Shown here piece by piece: positions 57,123-64,000 of a DNA stretch of 64,000 bases. The stretch lies in IMG/VR virus record IMGVR_UViG_2695420571_000019. One strand, 5' to 3'. Source of the DNA: an uncultured virus (IMG/VR IMGVR_UViG_2695420571_000019) (lineage: Duplodnaviria; Heunggongvirae; Uroviricota; Caudoviricetes). The first letter of the stretch is position 1. Each line of letters begins with the position of its first letter. Below the pieces are notes generated by a model. It had not been told where the DNA came from, ran no database searches, and saw nothing but the letters and a program-made list of their open reading frames with translations. Both the position numbers and the translations under genes were made by a program.

Positions 57123-58490
57123 ATGATTTATAACGATGCGGAACAGTCGTTTGAAATTACCGCCTCAACCAAACGAAAAGTAACTACCGGAATTCAATTT
57201 AGTACGCAAGATATCGGGACGGCAAAAATAACGTTCAGACTGACGAAGGACGGCGAACCTTTGCCGATCTCAAACGCAACACACGGTAAGCTATTTATGC
57301 GGATGGCTGACGGCAGTGAGTTTTACGTTAATACGGAAGTCGAGGACGCTTTGGAGGGCGTCCTTTTTTACATCCTTACCGACGATCAAATTAAGCACGC
57401 CGGAACAGTAGCGGCAGAGCTTTACGTTAATTATGACAACGGACAGAGTCTAAGCGTTCATAAATTTTCGTTCGAGATCGATAAGGCACTCATCGATGCC
57501 AATATCGCTCCACTTGCGGAATACTATATCGAAGATTTCGAAGACCTGAAGACGGATATCAACAAAACTACGGATGAGATCAACCAGACTCTCAACGAAA
57601 TAAAAGCGAAGTTTGATGAATTCGAGAACATCGAAACAAAGACCGGTTCTCAAGAGAAAGCGAATGCAGCGGAAGCGAACGCAAAAGCTTACACGGACCA
57701 ACACGCAGGTAAAACGGACAATCCGCATAAGGTTACGAAAGCGCAAGTCGGCCTGACTAACGTTGATAACGTAAAACAGGCGGCCAAAACGGATTTTGAT
57801 ACTCATGTTGGAGATAACGTGCGGCATATTACGGCCGATGAGCGAACAAAGTGGAACGGTAGTCAGTTACTTAAAATAACGAATGATGTCGGAAACGTTC
57901 TTGTCTCAGCGGGAGACACTGACGATTTTTATACGAAGATTACTCAAAGCGGGAGACGGTTCGGCACTTTTTATTCCACGGGTAAGGCAACAAACGCACC
58001 TTCTACCAACTCTACACGAGGATTTTTTCATATGACTGCAACCGATAGTAATGGGTTAGGTACGTTTGGCTACGTTATAGCGGTTGATTGGCAAAATAAC
58101 ATGTTTACGAATTATTTAAATATGGACACAGGATGGCAAGGGTGGCGTCGCGTTTTATCTTCGTCTGACTTATCGCCGATATGGAATAACGTAACCCTTA
58201 TAAACGGAGCGAAACAGGATTCGGTTTATCCATTCAAATTCTCCGTCAGCAATAACGTTCTATGGTTACGGGGGTCATTTGGAACACTTCCTGCTGTCGG
58301 AACATCTGTCGCGAAATTCACGAATAAACCGACGCAGTTGGTCGACTTTGTTGTACCGACGATCGGATCTTACGGAACTGCTCGATTCTCCCTAACGACT
58401 GATGGCGATTTAAGATACGATGGTATGACGGCAAACGATAACTCAAGCGTGTCGCGAGTCTCATTTAACATCGGAATTCCACTATGGTAA
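57123..58490 (+). CDS. BppU-like baseplate / receptor-binding protein
   Basis: N-terminal 'FSTQDIGTAKI'; 'NPHKVTKAQVGLTNVDN' fiber motif. Confidence 0.8.
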   Translation: MIYNDAEQSFEITASTKRKVTTGIQFSTQDIGTAKITFRLTKDGEPLPISNATHGKLFMRMADGSEFYVNTEVEDALEGVLFYILTDDQIKHAGTVAAELYVNYDNGQSLSVHKFSFEIDKALIDANIAPLAEYYIEDFEDLKTDINKTTDEINQTLNEIKAKFDEFENIETKTGSQEKANAAEANAKAYTDQHAGKTDNPHKVTKAQVGLTNVDNVKQAAKTDFDTHVGDNVRHITADERTKWNGSQLLKITNDVGNVLVSAGDTDDFYTKITQSGRRFGTFYSTGKATNAPSTNSTRGFFHMTATDSNGLGTFGYVIAVDWQNNMFTNYLNMDTGWQGWRRVLSSSDLSPIWNNVTLINGAKQDSVYPFKFSVSNNVLWLRGSFGTLPAVGTSVAKFTNKPTQLVDFVVPTIGSYGTARFSLTTDGDLRYDGMTANDNSSVSRVSFNIGIPLW

Positions 58491-58504
58491 TGGAGGCGAT
58501 GAAT

Positions 58505-58789
58505 ATGCACGTCCTTTTCTACGATGATAATTTCAAATATGACGGTGAAGCCGATATCGAAATAAATACGGAGGAAGGCGAGGAACTGCCGCCTAATTGT
58601 ACAACAGCTTTAATTCCCGCTGGGCTTTACGATCCAAAGTATGATCCGAAAAAAGGCGTTTGGATTGAGTCGGCAACGCAAGAATATATAGACAGTGTGA
58701 AACCGCCTGCGCCGAAGCCGAGCGAAATAGAAGTCCTGTCTCAACAGGTCGCAGATCTATACTATCTAATTGCGATGGGAGGAGCGTAA
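58505..58789 (+). CDS. tail fiber assembly-type small protein
   Basis: Position before the XkdX-like gene. Confidence 0.65.
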   Translation: MHVLFYDDNFKYDGEADIEINTEEGEELPPNCTTALIPAGLYDPKYDPKKGVWIESATQEYIDSVKPPAPKPSEIEVLSQQVADLYYLIAMGGA

Positions 58790-58790
58790 T

Positions 58791-58988
58791 GTGATAGATT
58801 GGTTCGAGTACATCAAAGGATTTTATGAAACAGGTCGGTGGACGAAAAAACAAGTTTACGATGTTGTTGCCGTCGGCCGCATCACGCCGGAACAATACGA
58901 AGAAATTACCGGAGAACCGTATGATCCCAATACGCCTCCCAGCGAAGGGCCTTCTGAGGCGACTGACGGATCTACTGGGGCTGAGTAA
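58791..58988 (+). CDS. XkdX family protein
   Basis: 'GRITPEQYEEITGE'. Confidence 0.8.
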   Translation: MIDWFEYIKGFYETGRWTKKQVYDVVAVGRITPEQYEEITGEPYDPNTPPSEGPSEATDGSTGAE

Positions 58989-59010
58989 ATAACGGAAAGG
59001 AGGCGGCCCA

Positions 59011-59274
59011 ATGCCGGAACCGAACATACACGAATTTAACGATAAGTTAGCCGAAGTTCGCGAATGGCTTGTTCGGATAGACACCAAGGTCGATTATTTT
59101 AACGATGTAAAAACGACAGCCGAGAGAGCTGACGAAAAAGCCGATGAAGCATTGTCGTTGGCGAAAGAAAACCGCGCAGATATAGCGGATATGAAAGCAA
59201 ATACGAAATGGATTTGGGGCGTAATGATCGGCGTCGCTGGCTTAGCGATATCGGGAGTTGCGCTATTTTTATAA
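59011..59274 (+). CDS. XhlA-like lysis protein
   Basis: Coiled coil, 'NTKWIW', C-terminal TM segment. Confidence 0.75.
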   Translation: MPEPNIHEFNDKLAEVREWLVRIDTKVDYFNDVKTTAERADEKADEALSLAKENRADIADMKANTKWIWGVMIGVAGLAISGVALFL

Positions 59275-59346
59275 CCAAATAAACGCAATACGCCCGTCAG
59301 GTGAGAGTCCCGGCGGGCTTTTTTAATTTCGAAAGGAGACGATAAA

Positions 59347-60291
59347 ATGGCGATTTCAGTACGAAAAAACTTGGTGGCGGAAAGTAAGCGCAAATTAAAA
59401 TGTCCGTATTCAATGGATGCGAAGTACATTACGTTCCACAATACGGCTAATGACGCTTCAGCAGCGAATGAGGTTTCGTATATGATCGGAAACACAAGTG
59501 TAACAAGCTTTCATTTCGCGGTGGACGATAAGGAAGTCGTACAAGGTATTCCGACAGACCGAAACGCGTTTCACTGCGGCGATGGTAGCGGCGTGAATTC
59601 CGGAAACCGTACGTCTATTGGCGTAGAGGTATGCTATTCGAAGTCAGGCGGCGCCAAGTACAAAGCGGCCGAGAAACTGGCGATTAAATTTATCGCGCAA
59701 TTATTGAAAGAGCGTGGCTGGGGCGTTGACCGCGTTCGTAAGCACCAAGACTGGTCCGGTAAATATTGTCCGCACAGGGTTCTCGCCGAGGATCGTTGGG
59801 AAGAAGTAAAAGCAGGTATTGCCGCGGAACTTAAAGCACTCGGCGGTGAATCAACGTCATCTTCGTCTACGAAGAAATCAGCGCCTAAAGCTTCCGGATC
59901 TACCTATACCGTCAAGAAAGGCGACACACTTTCCGAAATTGCGGAGAAAACAGGCGTAAGTGTGGCAAAGCTTCAATCGTACAACGGCATCAAAAACGCA
60001 AATAAAATTACGGTTGGCCAGGTGCTCAAGCTTAAAGGCGGTTCCACGTCGACCTCTAAAGGAAAGAAATACGTTTATCTTCCGGCATCTGCCGATTCTT
60101 GGCGCATCTATCCGACTAACAAAGCGCCGGTTAAAGGAAATGAATGCGGCTACTTGCGTCCTAAGAAATTCGGCGGCCTGAAATACGAAGTCCTTGCGAA
60201 CCCACAAACGGACGTCTATACAATCAAAACGGATCAGTTCGGAAAAGTAAATATCTACGCTGCGAAATCAACTGGCGCAACAGTAAAATAA
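59347..60291 (+). CDS. endolysin, N-acetylmuramoyl-L-alanine amidase with LysM
   Basis: 'HNTANDASA', 'HQDWSGKYCPH', LysM 'YTVKKGDTLSEIA'. Confidence 0.92.
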   Translation: MAISVRKNLVAESKRKLKCPYSMDAKYITFHNTANDASAANEVSYMIGNTSVTSFHFAVDDKEVVQGIPTDRNAFHCGDGSGVNSGNRTSIGVEVCYSKSGGAKYKAAEKLAIKFIAQLLKERGWGVDRVRKHQDWSGKYCPHRVLAEDRWEEVKAGIAAELKALGGESTSSSSTKKSAPKASGSTYTVKKGDTLSEIAEKTGVSVAKLQSYNGIKNANKITVGQVLKLKGGSTSTSKGKKYVYLPASADSWRIYPTNKAPVKGNECGYLRPKKFGGLKYEVLANPQTDVYTIKTDQFGKVNIYAAKSTGATVK

Positions 60292-60309
60292 CGAAAGGGA
60301 GACGATACT

Positions 60310-60567
60310 ATGCAAGACGTTTTAATTTTCGCGACTGTACTGGCGCCTATTTTAACGGCGCTTGTTCAACTCGTTAAGAAAACGGTTAAGCTTCCGACTA
60401 ATGTAATCCCGGCGTTAAGTTTTGTGATCGGTATCGGACTAGGCGCGGTTGCTTATCCGTTTACTGACCTCGACTTGGTGCTGCGATTATGGGCCGGCGG
60501 CTTTGCGGGATTAGCTGCGACAGGTCTTTTTGAACTCGGAGCCAAACGCGAAGGTACAACGAAATAA
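60310..60567 (+). CDS. holin
   Basis: 85 aa, hydrophobic, 'GLAATGLFE'. Confidence 0.85.
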   Translation: MQDVLIFATVLAPILTALVQLVKKTVKLPTNVIPALSFVIGIGLGAVAYPFTDLDLVLRLWAGGFAGLAATGLFELGAKREGTTK

Positions 60568-60691
60568 CGAAACTTTTAGCGAGCGCTTACGTATAATAAC
60601 GTAGGTGCTCGCGTACATAAAAACTCATTGCGGATAAGTTTGGCGGCGTAGTATAATTTTACTAACTCATATAAAGGACGGGTGAATTAAC

Positions 60692-60997
60692 GTGGAATAT
60701 AAAACGGTGACTGTGGCGAAGAAAAAGTTCGGCTTTGGTAGGATTATTAGTTTGTGCGTTGGATCGTTTATAATGTTGATTTCGGTACTCTTATGTCTCA
60801 CAATTATCGGTATTCTTCCGGGCTTAGGTCTCGCATTCTTCAGTCTTCCGTTTTTCGCAATCGCGTTAGGAGGCGCACGGTACTCTTGTCCGAATTGCGG
60901 ACACGATAAAAACTTCGTAACGAGCGGAAAGGTTAACGATAGCTGCCGTCGTTGTAAACAGAATATAGCGGTCGACTGGGTAAAAAACGTCGGCTAA
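60692..60997 (+). CDS. membrane protein with zinc ribbon (moron)
   Basis: Two TM segments, CPNC/CRRC; upstream TATAAT; terminator at 61005-61036. Confidence 0.7.
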   Translation: MEYKTVTVAKKKFGFGRIISLCVGSFIMLISVLLCLTIIGILPGLGLAFFSLPFFAIALGGARYSCPNCGHDKNFVTSGKVNDSCRRCKQNIAVDWVKNVG

Positions 60998-61014
60998 CGA
61001 AAACAGCCCCATCC

Positions 61015-61350
61015 TTAACCGGATGGGGCGTTTTTTACGTTTATGATATCCGCAAACCTCACGAAATTAGTATCGCCTTTGGCGTCCTTCACGCGAAACT
61101 CCTTCCGTATGTGGTCCACGTAATGTACTGCGCCAATTACCTCGCGTATGTATCCATCGTCGTATAGTTCGAATGCAAGCGACGCGCCGACCTCCATCGA
61201 CTGTGCGACCGTTATTTCCATGTCCTCGATCTGCTGCGTATCCAGTTGCGGCTTCTCAACCTTCCGTTTCTCTTCGGCTTGGCGCGCTAGGCCGGCTCTG
61301 TGCTCCGGTAATATAATGCGCATCGCCCACCGTTTATCCTCGATCTCCAT
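61015..61350 (-). CDS. YolD-like protein
   Basis: 'KRWAMRIILPEH...KPQLD' YolD pattern; GGAGG RBS. Confidence 0.8.
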   Translation of the reverse strand: MEIEDKRWAMRIILPEHRAGLARQAEEKRKVEKPQLDTQQIEDMEITVAQSMEVGASLAFELYDDGYIREVIGAVHYVDHIRKEFRVKDAKGDTNFVRFADIINVKNAPSG

Positions 61351-61369
61351 GGCGAACACCTCCGCATTT

Positions 61370-61399
61370 ATTATATGCGAATATGTGTTCGGTTATCAA
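61370..61399 (-). promoter_or_regulatory. sigma-A promoter containing a LexA (SOS) box
   Basis: TTGATA-N18-TATAAT with CGAACACATATTCG (61391-61378) in the spacer. Confidence 0.7.
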
Positions 61400-61620
61400 C
61401 AGTCAAAATAATCCTCTCGATCGACTTCGTATCCCAGCGACCTTAAAGCGCGCTGTACTTTTACCCACGTTGAAATACGCGGCGCATAATCGCGATCATT
61501 ACACATGCTCGTCATTGTGCCGTGACCTATGCCGGCCTTCCGGCGAACCTCTTCTTGCGCGATTCCTTCTCGATCTAAAAAGCGGCCGAATCGGCTACGT
61601 CGTTTACCTAGTCCAAACAT
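61396..61620 (-). CDS. XRE-like HTH protein
   Basis: 'IAQEEVRRKAGIGHGTMTSMC'; AGGAGGTG RBS. Confidence 0.75.
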   Translation of the reverse strand: MFGLGKRRSRFGRFLDREGIAQEEVRRKAGIGHGTMTSMCNDRDYAPRISTWVKVQRALRSLGYEVDREDYFDC

Positions 61621-61900
61621 CGGACAACACCTCCTAAAATCAGCGTGTCCAAAAAATCGGAAAGTTAAACGCAGGCAAAAAACTGTGATATTGGACGATC
61701 CGTAGCGCGTAACGTTTATTAAACGGCAACTACACGGCAGCTAAACGGTAGGGTGCGGGTAGGTTCAGCAGAGTTGCGAAAAGGTTACCGCACTTAGCGA
61801 CGAATTCCGTAACGGTTATTACCGTGTTAACCTACCGCACTTTATCGCGTTTAACGCCCGTAACGAAGCCGTTTACGAAATTTGTTAAGGAGTGAGAGAG

Positions 61901-62188
61901 ATGAGCGAAGCGAGACGAAGGAACGACAGGGCGGGGCTCACACGAGCGTTTTCGTTCGTGCCCGGCGGATTCACAGCGGCAGGATTTTTCGATATGTCAC
62001 CTGAGGTAGTCGGCTTGTACGCGTTAGTGGGCGGCGCGGGCTTGGTCTGCATTGGAGCGGCTTGGCTAGAAGGGCGCTTGTTCGGCGGCAAATTTGCGTA
62101 TATTGGAGACGCAGTAAACGGGCTCTTACGGTTCGTCCTGCCGGCGGGGTATGCCGTGTTGCTACTGCGTTTTTTAAACGCGATATGA
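61901..62188 (+). CDS. small membrane protein
   Basis: Two TM segments; AAGGAG RBS. Confidence 0.65.
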   Translation: MSEARRRNDRAGLTRAFSFVPGGFTAAGFFDMSPEVVGLYALVGGAGLVCIGAAWLEGRLFGGKFAYIGDAVNGLLRFVLPAGYAVLLLRFLNAI

Positions 62189-63339
62189 AACGGTTCTTGC
62201 GCAACTTACACGCCAAGCAGACGCTAAAGTACGCCTTTGATGCCGCAGGCCTGTACGCAGCCAAGCGCTTGTCTAACGGAAAAGAAGCGCGCCGATATCC
62301 GAAAATCCATGACGTTGATATTAACGAAGAAAGAACGCGATATGTATTTACGTTACTTAACGGAATGGACCCGAAAGAAATCGCGAAAAAGGAATTTGTG
62401 TTCCGGCAAGTATTCGGACGCAACGTGGAACTAAGCGGCGATCTAAAACGCTATGTATTAACGGTTTATAGCGCCGAGATGCCGGCCGTATTGCGCTATA
62501 ACTTTGCGGAGATTCAACCGGTCATTGAGCGTCACAATCTCGGCATTATCGCGGGCAAAGATCGCCACGGTCGGTATGTTAGCTTCGATTTGTTGACGCA
62601 ACCACATATTCTTATTGCGGGCGAAACGGGAAGCGGAAAGTCAACGCAGCTACGATCGATCCTAACAACGCTGATAAAACAGAACCGGCCCGACCGGCTG
62701 CAGTTATACCTTGCGGACTGTAAGAAATCGGAGTTCCACGTATTCCGGAAAGTCGAGCATGTACAGTGCGTTCTAACGAGCGCAGAAGATATCCGAAGAA
62801 TGTTACGAAGCATAAAACGCGAATTAGATGAGCGCAGCAACCTTACGGAGCAGTTCGAAATAAGCCATATCGATGAGCTCCCGGATGACCGTAAACGACC
62901 GTATATAGTCGTCTGTATTGATGAGTTTCTTCTATTAAGAAAAGACGCCGAGATCATGGACGTATTAGCGGAGCTCGTCGCGATAGGTCGGACGCTAGGA
63001 GTATTCGCGATTCTTTCGATGCAACGGCCGAATGCCAAAACGCTTGATACGACTATTCGCGCAAATCTAACCGTAAGCATGGGCTTTAAGCTGCGCGATA
63101 TAACGGAGGCCCGAATCGTCAATACGCCAGGCGCCGAGAAGCTGGACGTAAGCGGGCGGTTCATAATGGCGGCCGACAAAACCTACGAACTACAGGCGCC
63201 GTATCTCGAAATGAACGAGGCGAAGGCGCTGCTGAATCCGTATTGCGTAATGAAATCACCGACCAAAGACGTAACGCCACCGGCAGCCGAGCCGGAAATC
63301 TTAACGGAAAAGGACGTGTTTATCGATGGCCCTTACTAA
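62185..63339 (+). CDS. FtsK/SpoIIIE-family ATPase
   Basis: 'PHILIAGETGSGKS', 'CIDEF', 'MQRP'. Confidence 0.88.
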   Translation: MKRFLRNLHAKQTLKYAFDAAGLYAAKRLSNGKEARRYPKIHDVDINEERTRYVFTLLNGMDPKEIAKKEFVFRQVFGRNVELSGDLKRYVLTVYSAEMPAVLRYNFAEIQPVIERHNLGIIAGKDRHGRYVSFDLLTQPHILIAGETGSGKSTQLRSILTTLIKQNRPDRLQLYLADCKKSEFHVFRKVEHVQCVLTSAEDIRRMLRSIKRELDERSNLTEQFEISHIDELPDDRKRPYIVVCIDEFLLLRKDAEIMDVLAELVAIGRTLGVFAILSMQRPNAKTLDTTIRANLTVSMGFKLRDITEARIVNTPGAEKLDVSGRFIMAADKTYELQAPYLEMNEAKALLNPYCVMKSPTKDVTPPAAEPEILTEKDVFIDGPY

Positions 63340-63958
63340 CCGAGATAAAGCGATCATTGCGGATCTTAATAAATTTCGCGTAATGGATCGTGATACGATT
63401 GCCGAGCTGCATTTCGGAAATTTGCGCAGACCAAAATACGCAGCCAATAACGTTCTGCTGCGGTTGCTTAGGGACGGACATATTCAGCGATCGACGGCGC
63501 GCCAGCCTTACGTTTACTTTGGCGGCGAAACAACGATGAAAAAGAACAGCGCCAAGATCGATCATTTTCTTGCGATAGGTAACGTTTATAAAGAGATGCG
63601 AGGCCAGTCGTTGGAGTCGTTCTTGGTGGAGCCGAAGTACGGAGAAAAGGGAACGGTCGAGCCGGACATATTTGCGCTATACCGGCGGACGCCTTTCTTT
63701 ATCGAGGTGCAGCGGTCAGTCTATTCGGAAAAACAGATGCGCGAAAAGTTAGACCGGTATGAAGCGTTTTTCCAGTCGGGCATTATTGCGCTGGAAGCGT
63801 GGCAGAATCCCGAGCGGATAATGTTTCCGCACGTACTGATTCTATCGGACACGCGATACGGACTGCCTTCGTTTCCGTTTAAGGTATTCCAGGCGCCGAC
63901 CTTTACTGCGTTTATTCAGTCGATAACAAAGCCGAAAGAAAAGACGCCCGCGAATTAA
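63326..63958 (+). CDS. replication-relaxation family protein
   Basis: 'LTNRD', 'IDHFL', 'EPD...FFIEVQ' pattern; follows FtsK. Confidence 0.75.
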   Translation: MALTNRDKAIIADLNKFRVMDRDTIAELHFGNLRRPKYAANNVLLRLLRDGHIQRSTARQPYVYFGGETTMKKNSAKIDHFLAIGNVYKEMRGQSLESFLVEPKYGEKGTVEPDIFALYRRTPFFIEVQRSVYSEKQMREKLDRYEAFFQSGIIALEAWQNPERIMFPHVLILSDTRYGLPSFPFKVFQAPTFTAFIQSITKPKEKTPAN

Positions 63959-64000
63959 TCGTGGGCTTAATCGCGTAACTCAAACAATTCGTTCATATCC

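Overview
The window is a near-complete temperate siphovirus genome or prophage, probably from a Bacillus subtilis-group host (inferred from protein families and sigma-A/Shine-Dalgarno (SD) signals). The order is: tyrosine integrase (1-1047); replication operon (HTH initiator, DnaC-like loader, DnaB helicase, primase); an arbitrium-type communication locus (TPR-like receptor AimR, an unannotated 39-aa AimP precursor ending ANQLGG, then a sigma-like factor); SSB, family-A DNA polymerase, nucleases and RuvC; nucleotide metabolism (nrdI/E/F, dUTPase, ThyX, dNMP kinase) with an inserted DNA methyltransferase; a second Rep-like gene and a minus-strand accessory cluster; packaging genes interrupted by a structured non-coding region and a second small tyrosine recombinase; head, tail and lysis genes; and a YolD / FtsK / replication-relaxation module. 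Main observations: (1) the arbitrium system appears to be wired to a phage sigma-like factor, whose candidate promoter motif recurs before the replication and dNTP operons; (2) four genes, including terminase and portal, appear to start at ATC after strong SD sequences; (3) a ~500-nt non-coding region holds a tRNA-like element lacking a normal anticodon arm plus pseudoknots that share a linker with the scaffold-gene leader; (4) two Rep-like genes are each associated with a related origin-like motif; (5) a matched pair of palindromic sites may serve the small recombinase. Product calls come from motif recognition by eye; no database searches were run.
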